Part shown: piece by piece, positions 37,407 to 46,117 of the stretch
How positions within the stretch are numbered: the stretch's first letter is position 1
Layout: each line of letters opens with the position of its first letter
From: Candidatus Moraniibacteriota bacterium
GTDB lineage: Bacteria; Patescibacteriota; Minisyncoccia; Moranbacterales; UBA1568
Length of the DNA: 64,000 nucleotides
Direction: 5' to 3'
Assembly: GCA_017983435.1 (NCBI GenBank)
Contig: JAGOBM010000005.1
Coordinates: forward strand, 28,469-92,468
The notes under the pieces: model-generated
What the model was told of the DNA's origin: nothing
The model's input: only the letters and a program-made list of their open reading frames with translations
The model's database searches: none
Program-made: the position numbers and the translations under genes

Positions 37407-38882
37407 ATGTGCCAGATTATGCGCCAAGATATCGTAGAGACGAAACAGGAAAAGCTCGAGAAGCTCACGGCGGCTTTTGGGACGGCGTATCCGGAGCAGT
37501 GCGGACGCACGCATATGACGGCTCTAGCGCTCGCGCATTTCGACACGCTGCTCTCGGAGGGTACTGCGGTGACGGTGGCTGGCCGGGTCAAATCGCTCCG
37601 CATGATGGGCAAGATCGGTTTCGCACATATCGAGGATGGGAGCGGCAAGATGCAGATCTTCCTGTCCGAGCAGACGACTGGTCTCGACGCGATCAGGCTG
37701 TTCGCTGATACGATAGAGATCGGGGATTTCGTCGAGGCGACGGGAAAAGTTTTTTTGACCAAGAAGGATGAGAAGACGATCGACGTCGCATCCTGGCGAG
37801 TACTCGGCAAATCCCTGCGTCCGATCCCGACCGAGCATTTCGGGCTCCAGGATGAGGAAGAGCGCCTCCGTCGTCGGTATCTCGATTTGCTCTCCAATCC
37901 GGAGACGCGCGATATCTTCATGAAGAAGAATCGTTTCTGGCAGACGGTGCGGACTTTCCTCTCTGAGCGCGGCTATCTCGAGGTGCAGACGCCGGTGCTC
38001 GAGCATATCCCGGGCGGCGCCGAAGCAGAACCCTTCATCACGCATCACAATGCGCTCGATCAGGATTTCTATCTCCGTATCTCGCTTGAGCTCGCGCTGA
38101 AGCGACTGCTCGTCGGCGGCTATGAGCGGGTCTTCGAGATCGGCCGGGTCTTCCGCAATGAGGGTATCGACCGAGAGCACCTGCAGGAATTCGATCATAT
38201 GGAATGGTATGCAGCGTATATGGATATGGAGACGGGCATGCAGCTCGTCGAGGATATGTATCGGGCTATCGTCCGTTCCGTGGCTGGTGAGTCGCTCACG
38301 ACGGAATACGAGGGCCAGACGATCGATTGGTCCAAGCCGTTTCCGCGCATCGATTATTTCGAGGAGCTCGCGAAGGAGACGGGAGTCGATCTCTCGGGAG
38401 AAGTATCCGTCGAGACGCTCCGTGCCGAGCTCGAGCAGCGCGGTATCAAATATGACAAGACCGCTGGCAAGGGTCGCCTGATTGACACACTCTACAAGAA
38501 GACCGTCCGTCAGCGTCTCATCCAGCCGTGTTTCCTCGTGGGGCATCCACTCGAGGTTTCACCGCTGGCCAAGATCGATCCGAAAAATCCGAACCGCGCG
38601 CTTCGTTTCCAGCCAATCGCCTGCAAGAGCGAGCTCGGCAACGGTTTCGCGGAGCTTAACGATCCAGCGGATCAGCGCCGCCGTTTCGAAGAGCAGATGA
38701 AGCTGCGTGAAGCGGGGGATGCCGAAGGCATGATGCTCGACGAGGATTTCCTCGAAGCGCTGGAATACGGCATGCCGCCGGCCTGCGGGTTCGGCATGAG
38801 CGAACGCTTCTTCGCGATGCTGCTCGACAAATCCGTCCGCGAGACAGTGACGTTTCCGCCGATGAAAACAAACAACCATTAA
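37407..38882 (+). CDS. lysS: Lysyl-tRNA synthetase (class II)
   Basis: N-terminal OB anticodon-binding domain; motifs FYLRISLELALKRLLVGGYERVFEIGRVFRNEG and HMEWYAAY. Confidence 0.95.
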   Translation: MCQIMRQDIVETKQEKLEKLTAAFGTAYPEQCGRTHMTALALAHFDTLLSEGTAVTVAGRVKSLRMMGKIGFAHIEDGSGKMQIFLSEQTTGLDAIRLFADTIEIGDFVEATGKVFLTKKDEKTIDVASWRVLGKSLRPIPTEHFGLQDEEERLRRRYLDLLSNPETRDIFMKKNRFWQTVRTFLSERGYLEVQTPVLEHIPGGAEAEPFITHHNALDQDFYLRISLELALKRLLVGGYERVFEIGRVFRNEGIDREHLQEFDHMEWYAAYMDMETGMQLVEDMYRAIVRSVAGESLTTEYEGQTIDWSKPFPRIDYFEELAKETGVDLSGEVSVETLRAELEQRGIKYDKTAGKGRLIDTLYKKTVRQRLIQPCFLVGHPLEVSPLAKIDPKNPNRALRFQPIACKSELGNGFAELNDPADQRRRFEEQMKLREAGDAEGMMLDEDFLEALEYGMPPACGFGMSERFFAMLLDKSVRETVTFPPMKTNNH

Positions 38883-39002
38883 AACAGTTCACAGTTAACA
38901 ATTAACAAAAAACAGTTGGCAAGAAGCGGGATTGGACAGATAGACATATTTTTTGTAGGATACCTCTTATCCATTGTTTGTCAGCTGAAAAGGTCGCAGA
39001 GT

Positions 39003-39023
39003 TCAGTTTCCGCCAGAGGCGGA
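39003..39023 (+). repeat. 21-bp direct repeat tcagtttccgccagaggcgga (copy 1, upstream of tRNA-Val); contains palindrome ccgccagaggcgg
   Basis: Identical 21-mer again at 39121-39141; inverted partial copy tccgcctctggcgga at 39219-39233. Confidence 0.8.
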
Positions 39024-39041
39024 TAAAGGTTAGAACAGAGA

Positions 39042-39115
39042 GGGCAACTAGCTCAGTTGGTTAGAGCACAGCATTCACATTGCTGGGGTCACTGGTTCGA
39101 ATCCAGTGTTGCCCA
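39042..39115 (+). tRNA. tRNA-Val (anticodon CAC)
   Basis: Manual cloverleaf: acceptor gggcaac/gttgccc, D-arm gctc-agttggttag-agc, anticodon stem cagca/tgctg with loop ttCACat, T-arm actgg-ttcgaat-ccagt; CCA not encoded. Confidence 0.85.
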
Positions 39116-39120
39116 CAACA

Positions 39121-39141
39121 TCAGTTTCCGCCAGAGGCGGA
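39121..39141 (+). repeat. 21-bp direct repeat copy 2, immediately downstream of tRNA-Val
   Basis: Exact match to 39003-39023. Confidence 0.8.
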
Positions 39142-39148
39142 CCCGCCT

Positions 39149-39253
39149 CGGGCGGGGGTTAGAGCACGGTATTCACACCTGCCCGACTCTGGAGGGTTGC
39201 TGGGGTCACTGGTTCCCTGTCCGCCTCTGGCGGAGAATCCAGTGTTGCCCACA
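39149..39253 (+). pseudogene. 5'-truncated degenerate tRNA-Val copy (D-loop to 3' end) with two insertions of about 20 nt
   Basis: ggttagagcac[g]g[t]attcaca + 20-nt insert + tgctggggtcactggtt + 21-nt insert (contains ccgcctctggcgg) + aatccagtgttgccca aligns to tRNA-Val positions 19-73; preceded by palindrome cccgcctcgggcggg. Confidence 0.6.
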
Positions 39254-39266
39254 GAAGTTTTCAATG

Positions 39267-39299
39267 AAGACGCTCCCGTTCCGGGGCGTCTTTGTTTGT
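39267..39299 (+). terminator. Intrinsic terminator (agacgctcccgttccggggcgtctttgtttg)
   Basis: GC stem followed by T-run, downstream of the tRNA-Val / pseudo-tRNA pair. Confidence 0.65.
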
Positions 39300-39373
39300 C
39301 TAATTGACAGGGGTGTCTGGATGGGGTACCGTATCTCCGTTACCAGTTCTTTTTTGAGAAGGGAGTATCCATC

Positions 39374-39835
39374 ATGGACACAGTCTGTCCTGAAACATTT
39401 TTCCGTCAGCTGGCCGTATTGACTGACAAACTGCTCGCTTTGAGCGATGAGCAGATCGCTGCTGCCGAACCGGGGCAGCTCTTGGACGAAGAGTACGATG
39501 TCTGTCTCGGCAAGGCTGATCCCGCGCTCCGTCGTCTCTACACGCTGCTCTCGATAACCCGGTCTTCTCAGTCGTATCTCCCGTTCGATTTTTTCATCGC
39601 GGATTATCCCGAGGAAAAACAGCATGAGATCTGTCGGGAGATATGCCTATCGGTGGTCGAGATTGAGACCTTGAATTGGCTCTTCCGCTCGGAAGTTGTC
39701 TGGGCTTTTCCGGATTTTCGTTCTGCTGGATTACTGGAAAAGATCGGCATGCGGAAAGGGTGGATAGTGGCCGTTCCGAAGCCCGAACCGTTTCCTCGTC
39801 GGAAAGTGGAGCGGGTCCGAATTCTAGAAGACTAA
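39374..39835 (+). CDS. Hypothetical protein (153 aa)
   Basis: ORF with AAGGGAG RBS; no recognisable domain; strong terminator hairpin follows at about 39845-39890. Confidence 0.5.
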   Translation: MDTVCPETFFRQLAVLTDKLLALSDEQIAAAEPGQLLDEEYDVCLGKADPALRRLYTLLSITRSSQSYLPFDFFIADYPEEKQHEICREICLSVVEIETLNWLFRSEVVWAFPDFRSAGLLEKIGMRKGWIVAVPKPEPFPRRKVERVRILED

Positions 39836-39983
39836 GTTTTTTGCGCCCTGACGGGAAATCTCGTCGGGGCGCTTTGCTTTTTTTTCGGTTAGGCGATAAG
39901 CTATCAGGTGTAATTGCTCGCCTCCCCGGTTTTTTTGTAGGCTAATGAAGCTAAAAAGCTAAGCAGCTAAAAGCTTGTTCTGT

Positions 39984-41312
39984 ATGCTCGATATCCGATT
40001 TGTCCGTGAAAACGAGGCCCTGATCCGCGAAGCGATCACGCTCAAGAAGAGCGATTTTGATCTGGATGCTTTCCTCTTGCTTGATCAGGAGCGGGTTGCT
40101 CTGCTCCAGGAATTCGAGGAGCTTAAGTCGCTCAAGAACGATATCAATGATCTGATTGCCCAGGCCAAGACGCCGGAAGAGCGGACCGAGATCATTGCGA
40201 AGGGCAAGGAGATCAAGCAGAAGACGGACGAGCTCGAGCCTCGTTTCCGTGAGACGACCGAACGCTTCGAAAGACTCTCGGCATTGGTGCCGAATGTCGT
40301 TTCATCCGATACGCCGCGAGGCAAGGATGATTCGGAGAATGTCGAAGTATTCCGCTCGGAAGAGCCGAAGCCGCTCGGCTTCGCTCCGCAGGATCATATC
40401 GCTCTCGGTACATCGCTCGATATCATCGATTTCGATCGGGGATCCAAGGTGGCCGGCTATCGTGGCTACTACCTCAAGAACGAGGGCGCGCTGCTCGTGA
40501 TGGGTCTCATGGCCTACGCGTTGCAGAAGATGGCGAGCAAAGGATTTCTCCCGATGATTCCTCCGACACTCGTGAAACCGTTCCCGCTGTTCGGATCAGG
40601 GTATTTCAAGGGGACGGAATACGATCCGGAAGTCGATGAGATCTATCGGCTGGCGGCGGCGGAGAAGGAGGCTGATGGTGCGATTAACCGTGAAGACCGG
40701 TTTCTCGTCGGGACCGCTGAACCATCGCTCCTCGCTTATCATGCCGGCGAAGTGCTCGACGGCGCTGCGCTTCCGATGCGGCTCGCTGGATTCAGTCAGT
40801 GCTACCGGAGCGAAATCGGCTCCTATGGCCGCGACACCAAAGGTATGTATCGGGTGCATGAATTCTTTAAGGTCGAGCAGGTCGTGCTCTGCGCGGCGGA
40901 TATGCGAGAGGCGGATGCGCTCCAGACCGAGATGATGGGGATTTCTGAGGAAATGCATCGCGAGCTCGGCATCCCGTATCGCAAGCTGCAGATCTGCACC
41001 GGAGATCTCGGAGCGGGCAAGTATCGCCAGTTCGATCTCGAAGCCTGGATGCCAGGACTCGATCGCTGGGGCGAGACCGGCTCGTCATCCAATTTCCTTG
41101 ATTGGCAATCCCGCCGTCTCAATGTGAAATATACCGATCCTGAAACTGGCGAGCGCAAGCATGTCTATATGCTCAACAACACCGCATTGCCGAGCCCGCG
41201 CATCCTTATCGCTATCCTTGAGAATTACCAGCAGGCTGACAGATCGGTCATGATTCCCGAGGTGCTACAGCCGTATGTCGGCAAGGATCGGATAGTCCCG
41301 AAAGCTGCGTAG
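39984..41312 (+). CDS. serS: Seryl-tRNA synthetase
   Basis: N-terminal coiled-coil arm MLDIRFVRENEA..., class II core motifs (YRSEIGSYGRDTKGMYRVHEF, GTALP); ATG 39984 preferred over TTG 39975. Confidence 0.95.
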   Translation: MLDIRFVRENEALIREAITLKKSDFDLDAFLLLDQERVALLQEFEELKSLKNDINDLIAQAKTPEERTEIIAKGKEIKQKTDELEPRFRETTERFERLSALVPNVVSSDTPRGKDDSENVEVFRSEEPKPLGFAPQDHIALGTSLDIIDFDRGSKVAGYRGYYLKNEGALLVMGLMAYALQKMASKGFLPMIPPTLVKPFPLFGSGYFKGTEYDPEVDEIYRLAAAEKEADGAINREDRFLVGTAEPSLLAYHAGEVLDGAALPMRLAGFSQCYRSEIGSYGRDTKGMYRVHEFFKVEQVVLCAADMREADALQTEMMGISEEMHRELGIPYRKLQICTGDLGAGKYRQFDLEAWMPGLDRWGETGSSSNFLDWQSRRLNVKYTDPETGERKHVYMLNNTALPSPRILIAILENYQQADRSVMIPEVLQPYVGKDRIVPKAA

Positions 41313-41333
41313 AAGTTGATCTCTATTTGAGTA

Positions 41334-41382
41334 AGAAAAAAAGCCGCTCTCCGATTTCCGGTGAGCGGCTGATATTTTTTTA
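41334..41382. terminator. Bidirectional terminator (aaaaaaagccgctc...gagcggctgatattttttt)
   Basis: 8-bp GC stem flanked by A-run and T-run between convergent serS and the minus-strand ORF. Confidence 0.75.
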
Positions 41383-41389
41383 TCTTTGC

Positions 41390-41953
41390 CTATCTGACGA
41401 TGTCCCTGCGCATCGTCCAGCCGAAACCATCATCGGTCGGGGCGAGCACATACTGCTCATCGCCTTTGAGCGAGGCGAAGTGTATGCGTTCGGCGGGCAC
41501 TGAGGTGCGGAGACAGATGCCGTGCCGCAGGCTGAGCTCCCGAAGCTCATCAGCGAAAGCGATAGCTTTGCGCATCGGATGATCTTCCGGATAGGGGAGA
41601 TCGGGCCAAAGGATCGGAGCGGTACAGGAGAAATGCCGGATCAGCGAGAGGGAGATTTCGCGTACCGATAGGAGCTCGCTTTCAGTGATGGGGCGGATGA
41701 TGTGTTCGACAGCGGTTTCGAGGAATGGTGCCGCAAAAACCTGTTCATTGATCGGACCGCGGGCATCATGGATAGAGCCATCGGGACGTCTGATGCCGGC
41801 ATGACGGATGACGCTATCAAGAATCAATCCGACCATCGGCCAACCGGTATTGCGGTGGAGCGCGATGGCAAGCTCGTAACAGGGGCCGTCCAGTCGAGGA
41901 ATGAGCCGATGGCGGTCCTCACCGGTGAGGAGCTGTACGTGGTTGGGTAGCAT
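41390..41953 (-). CDS. Hypothetical protein (187 aa)
   Basis: Minus-strand ORF with AGGAGGT RBS 6 nt upstream of the ATG; no recognisable domain. Confidence 0.5.
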   Translation of the reverse strand: MLPNHVQLLTGEDRHRLIPRLDGPCYELAIALHRNTGWPMVGLILDSVIRHAGIRRPDGSIHDARGPINEQVFAAPFLETAVEHIIRPITESELLSVREISLSLIRHFSCTAPILWPDLPYPEDHPMRKAIAFADELRELSLRHGICLRTSVPAERIHFASLKGDEQYVLAPTDDGFGWTMRRDIVR

Positions 41954-42008
41954 GAATACCTCCTATGGATTGGGAAGGGACAAAAAAGTGTTTGTATTTG
42001 CAATAGAG

Positions 42009-42081
42009 TGGGTGCGGAGGGGATCGAACCCACGACCGTTGGCTTAAAAGGCCACTGCTCTACCGACTGAGCTACGCACCC
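42009..42081 (-). tRNA. tRNA-Lys (anticodon UUU)
   Basis: Reverse complement folds as acceptor gggtgcg/cgcaccc, D-arm gctc-agtcggtag-agc, anticodon stem with loop cTTTTaa, T-arm gtggg-ttcgatc-ccctc (one U-U mismatch); CCA not encoded. Confidence 0.8.
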
Positions 42082-42137
42082 GAATGTGTTGGATCACTGA
42101 AATAACGATACTGACCGACTGCCAGCCCAAGGCTGGT

Positions 42138-42162
42138 CCGCCTCGGGCGGAAGCTACGCACC
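42138..42162 (-). repeat. Palindrome ccgcctcgggcgg abutting a 12-nt duplicate (agctacgcaccc) of the tRNA-Lys 5' end
   Basis: 12-mer identical to 42070-42081 (the tRNA 5' acceptor and D-stem start); the same palindrome occurs at 39145-39157 next to the truncated tRNA-Val copy. Confidence 0.7.
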
Positions 42163-42219
42163 CGTCTGTGTCAAAAACAAGAGAATTCTACCTGCTTTAG
42201 ACATATCCGTCAACAACAG

Positions 42220-42234
42220 ACCGGAGCTGAGTAT
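42220..42234 (+). promoter_or_regulatory. Extended -10 promoter (TGcTATACT) for the BNR lipoprotein gene
   Basis: TGnTATACT element 22 nt upstream of ATG 42257. Confidence 0.45.
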
Positions 42235-42256
42235 GCTATACTGAGGGAAAATCAAG

Positions 42257-43327
42257 ATGCTTATGCTCAAGAAAATATTCGTGGTTTCGTGCGCGTGTCT
42301 TCTGCTCTCCGGTTGCGGTGCTCCTCAAGCGACGGTCGAGAAGCCGCCGGTGCCAGGAAGTATCTACAAGTCCTTCGATGCCGGACGGACATTCGTACCG
42401 AAGATTACAGTGGATGAGAAGCGCCGTATTACGTCGGCTGATGTGCTGACTTGGGCTTTCCACCCGACTGATCCGCAGACGATGTATGTCGGCACCGCTT
42501 CCGATGGTATCTTTCGGACGACGGATGGAGCGGAACACTGGGAGCCGATGACATTTCCCCCGGAACGCGTCTATGGTCTGGCGGTCGATCCGACGAATCC
42601 GGATCGGATATTCGCGACGGGTGTCTATGAGAAGGTGGCCAAGGTCTATCGGACTGAGGACGCCGGAGCTAACTGGAAGGAAGTCTATGTCGAACCGGGA
42701 CCAGGCACGGTCATCTCGTCGTTCGCGATGCATCCGACTGACCCTCGTATCCTCTATGCGGCGACCGACAAAGGAGTCGTCATCAAGAGCAGCGATGGTG
42801 GGGAGCAGTGGAAAAATGTCTATGATGCAGCCGGTCCGGTCACCAAGATACTGGTCGGATCCAAAATACCGGAAGCAGTCTCACTCCTGGTATTCCAGAA
42901 GAACATCGTTTTTTCCGGTGACGGGGGTGCGACCTGGGCTGATCCGGCCAAGGGGGTCATCGCTTCCACTACTGATACCGCTGTTACGCCAGGCGCTATC
43001 GTCTCGATGGCTGCTGATCCGAGCACCCCGAGCACGCTCTATGCCGGAGGGACGGGCGGCATGTATCGGAGCCTGGATTTCGGCAAGACTTGGAGCGCGG
43101 TAGAGGTCATCGAGAGCGCCAAACAATATCCGATCCGAGCGATTGCTATCAATCCTCGCAATCCGAGCGAGATCGTCTTTGCAGCTGGATCGGTCTTCTA
43201 TCGATCGACGGACGGAGGGGAGCGCTGGTCGGTGACGGAGCTCGGCATCAAGAAGGGTGTCAGCGCTATCGTGTACGAACCGGGAAATTCTGATATCATA
43301 TATTTCGGTATACGGAGCTTTAAGTAA
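42257..43327 (+). CDS. Lipoprotein with BNR/Asp-box repeats (beta-propeller, Ycf48/sialidase-like fold)
   Basis: Lipobox LLSGC; six S/TxDxGxxW repeats (TTDGAEHW, TEDAGANW, SSDGGEQW, SGDGGATW, SLDFGKTW, STDGGERW). Confidence 0.7.
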   Translation: MLMLKKIFVVSCACLLLSGCGAPQATVEKPPVPGSIYKSFDAGRTFVPKITVDEKRRITSADVLTWAFHPTDPQTMYVGTASDGIFRTTDGAEHWEPMTFPPERVYGLAVDPTNPDRIFATGVYEKVAKVYRTEDAGANWKEVYVEPGPGTVISSFAMHPTDPRILYAATDKGVVIKSSDGGEQWKNVYDAAGPVTKILVGSKIPEAVSLLVFQKNIVFSGDGGATWADPAKGVIASTTDTAVTPGAIVSMAADPSTPSTLYAGGTGGMYRSLDFGKTWSAVEVIESAKQYPIRAIAINPRNPSEIVFAAGSVFYRSTDGGERWSVTELGIKKGVSAIVYEPGNSDIIYFGIRSFK

Positions 43328-43340
43328 TACAGGAACCACT

Positions 43341-43898
43341 ATGGTCAAAGAACTGATACAGGCGGGACAGGAGAAATTCGAGCAAGCAGTCGAGCATTTC
43401 GTCGAAGAAGCCGCCAAACTGCGGACCGGCCGTGCCAACCCGGCTCTCTTGGAAGGCATACTCGTGGATTATTACGGGACACGGACCCCGATCAAGCAGA
43501 TCGCCAATGTGACGATCCCGGAAGCCAGGCAGATATTGATACAGCCGTGGGACAAGGGGGCGATGCAGCCGATCGAAACCGCGATCCGCGAGTCCGATCT
43601 CGGCTTCAACCCAGGCAATGATGGCAATGTCATCCGTGTCACGCTGCCGCAGCTGACTGAAGATCGCCGGCGTGAGCTCGTGAAATCGCTGAATAGCCGA
43701 GCTGAAGACTCGCGTATCAGCATCCGAGCGACCCGGGAAGAGATCTGGAAGGAGATACAGGAGCTCGAGAAGTCCGGTGATATCGGCGAAGATGATAAGT
43801 TTGCCGGCAAGGATGATCTGCAGAAAGCTGTCGATGAATACAATGCAAAAATCGAAGATCTGCGCGAGAAGAAAGAAAAGGAAATCATGACCGTCTAA
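43341..43898 (+). CDS. frr: Ribosome recycling factor
   Basis: 185 aa; conserved RRF sequence (LRTGRANPALLEGILVDYYG..., NPGNDGNVIRVTLPQLTEDRR); start trimmed to Met 43341. Confidence 0.9.
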   Translation: MVKELIQAGQEKFEQAVEHFVEEAAKLRTGRANPALLEGILVDYYGTRTPIKQIANVTIPEARQILIQPWDKGAMQPIETAIRESDLGFNPGNDGNVIRVTLPQLTEDRRRELVKSLNSRAEDSRISIRATREEIWKEIQELEKSGDIGEDDKFAGKDDLQKAVDEYNAKIEDLREKKEKEIMTV

Positions 43899-43978
43899 CG
43901 AGATTCTGGATTTTCGAGTTTGGATTTTGGAATAAATGCCTTCTCAAAAATCAAGAATCGATAATCAAAAATCATACT

Positions 43979-45133
43979 ATGCTGACCATTCTCATCTTTG
44001 CCGCCATTCTCGGAATCCTCGTCTTCGTCCATGAATTCGGGCATTTCATCGTCGCTCGCCGCAATGGCATCAAGGCGGATGAGTTCGGCTTCGGCTTTCC
44101 TCCGCGCTTGGTCGGTGTCGTCAAGAATGATCAGACCGGCAAGTACGATATCATCTGGGGTGATCGCGATGTCGCGAGCCCGCATACGATCTACTCGCTC
44201 AATTGGATTCCGCTTGGCGGTTTCGTCAAGATCAAGGGCGAAGAGGGCGTGCATACGCATGATGCTGATAGCTTTGCCAACAAGTCCGTCTGGATCCGCG
44301 TCAAGGTGTTGGCAGCCGGTGTGGTGATGAATTTTCTCTTGGCCTGGGTCCTGATCAGCCTCGTCTATATCTTCGGCCTGCCACAGCCGATCAGTCCGGA
44401 AGAGCGGGGCATGTATCCGGATGAGAAAGTCCAGATTCTCGAAGTGAAGCCGGGGACGCCGGCGGCTGAGATGAAACTCCGTCCGCTCGATCAGATTATT
44501 ATGATCGATGGCATGCCGGTCTCGACGACCGAAGCGACGACCGAAGCGATTGCAGCTCGGAAGGGACAGGAAGTTGCATTTGTCGTCCGGCGCGGCGACA
44601 GCGAGCTTATCTTGCGCGGGACGCCTCGCACAGAGTATCCGAAGACCGAAGGGGCACTCGGTATCTCGCTCGCCGAGACCGCACTCATTACCTATCCGTG
44701 GTATGAAGCCATCGTCGAGGGAGCCAAGACGACCGTGACGGTGAGCGGCACTATCCTGCTCTATCTGGGCAAGATGATCGCTTCAATCTTCGGTGGCGCT
44801 GAAAAAGTGGCGCTCGATGTGACGGGCCCGGTCGGCATCGTCTACCTGACGAAGCAGATGACAGAGATGGGGTTCTCTTACCTGCTCTGGTTCGCGGCGC
44901 TCCTCTCTATCAATCTCGGCATCTTCAATATCCTGCCGATCCCGGCGCTCGACGGTGGTCGTATCTTCTTTGTCCTCATCGAGAAGATCAAGGGGAGTCC
45001 GGTCTCACAATTCGTCGAGAACCGTATTCATCAGGTCGGCTTCATGCTGCTCTTGTTCCTGATGCTGCTCGTGACGATACGCGACTTCTCACAGTTCCAA
45101 ATCTTGGATAAGCTCAAAGGATTCTTCGTATAG
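43979..45133 (+). CDS. rseP: RseP-family site-2 protease (M50 zinc metalloprotease with PDZ domain)
   Basis: HEFGHFIVAR HExxH motif in TM1, PDZ domain, C-terminal LDGG motif region. Confidence 0.85.
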   Translation: MLTILIFAAILGILVFVHEFGHFIVARRNGIKADEFGFGFPPRLVGVVKNDQTGKYDIIWGDRDVASPHTIYSLNWIPLGGFVKIKGEEGVHTHDADSFANKSVWIRVKVLAAGVVMNFLLAWVLISLVYIFGLPQPISPEERGMYPDEKVQILEVKPGTPAAEMKLRPLDQIIMIDGMPVSTTEATTEAIAARKGQEVAFVVRRGDSELILRGTPRTEYPKTEGALGISLAETALITYPWYEAIVEGAKTTVTVSGTILLYLGKMIASIFGGAEKVALDVTGPVGIVYLTKQMTEMGFSYLLWFAALLSINLGIFNILPIPALDGGRIFFVLIEKIKGSPVSQFVENRIHQVGFMLLLFLMLLVTIRDFSQFQILDKLKGFFV

Positions 45134-45160
45134 TCGACTGGTTTCGGCCAGAAGAAGGTG

Positions 45161-45192
45161 AAAAACCCGCAGAGGAAGCGGGTTTTTGCTTT
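45161..45192 (+). terminator. Intrinsic terminator (aaaaacccgcagaggaagcgggtttttgc)
   Basis: 5-bp GC stem flanked by A-run and T-run after rseP. Confidence 0.7.
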
Positions 45193-45209
45193 GTTCTCCT
45201 GCTTGACTA

Positions 45210-45238
45210 TTGACAAAAGAGCTAAAATAAGCTATTAT
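45210..45238 (+). promoter_or_regulatory. Sigma-70 promoter TTGACA - 17 nt - TATTAT
   Basis: Consensus -35 and near-consensus -10 with a 17-nt spacer; -35 context cTTGACAAAAGAG shared with the 48250 promoter. Confidence 0.65.
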
Positions 45239-45273
45239 AGGCGGTTGAGAGTTGCATAAGTATTGGAGGGAAA

Positions 45274-45915
45274 ATGTCTATGAAAAAGAGCTTGTTCAAA
45301 CTTTTTGTATCTTCGCTGCCGAAGGGAATCCTGATCGGACTCTTTGTGTCGCTCGCGGGTATCGGTGTCTTGTTCCTCTCGCAGGATCGGTATCGTTCGA
45401 GCGCGGATTTCTTGGTCACTTCGACGCAAGGCGGACAGGATTACTATACCGCGACCCGCTCAGCCGAGTATATGAGCCGGGTGCTGTCGGAGGTGCTCTA
45501 TAGCGAGCGCTTCATGAACGCCATCATCGAGACCGGCAAGGTGAACGATGCCTATTTTCCCCGGGACAAGAAGGACCGTCTCGAAGTGTGGGCACAGTCG
45601 TTGTCCGTCAAGCGCAATTCTGAAATCGGTTTTGTAAGCGTCTCGGTGACCGGCAAGAATGATCGTGACGTCTATCGTCTCTCTCAGGCGCTGGTCCAGG
45701 TGCTCGATACGAACAGCGCGGTCGTCTTCGGTGATGACGCGAGCAATATCAAGATCCGTCTGCTGTCAGGACCGATTCTCGAACGCAACCCGAGCGCATC
45801 GCAATTCATGACGCTGCTCATCGCGAGCGTCGCCCTCGGCGTCTTCGGTATCTTTGCCGCCCGTCTGATCCGGCAGGAGTTCGCGCTGCCGCTCATGCAC
45901 GATCCGCGTCAATAA
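45274..45915 (+). CDS. Wzz-like polysaccharide co-polymerase family protein (second paralog)
   Basis: N-terminal TM, SQDRYRSSADFLV region, C-terminal TM (LLIASVALGVFGIFAARLI); alternative start ATG 45280 has better RBS spacing. Confidence 0.5.
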   Translation: MSMKKSLFKLFVSSLPKGILIGLFVSLAGIGVLFLSQDRYRSSADFLVTSTQGGQDYYTATRSAEYMSRVLSEVLYSERFMNAIIETGKVNDAYFPRDKKDRLEVWAQSLSVKRNSEIGFVSVSVTGKNDRDVYRLSQALVQVLDTNSAVVFGDDASNIKIRLLSGPILERNPSASQFMTLLIASVALGVFGIFAARLIRQEFALPLMHDPRQ

Positions 45916-46117
45916 TCGAGGATCTCGAGCTCTTCCTTCCGCGCGAGGGGAGAGCCGAGATGTCCGATTCGAGTGTTCCTTGATAATTCGGCATCAGAAA
46001 GGAGTTGTCTTATGAGACAGTTCAGGCTTTGGATTACCCATCGCTGGGCTGCCTCATGTGGTAGCCCGCCTTGGTTCATTGAGGTTTTTCAAATTTCAAT
46101 CTGCGAAGGAGGTTATC

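Noticed and set aside
36389-37921. 510-aa minus-strand ORF
   Set aside because: Antisense to mrdA 3' end, greA and lysS 5' end; S/R/P-rich translation
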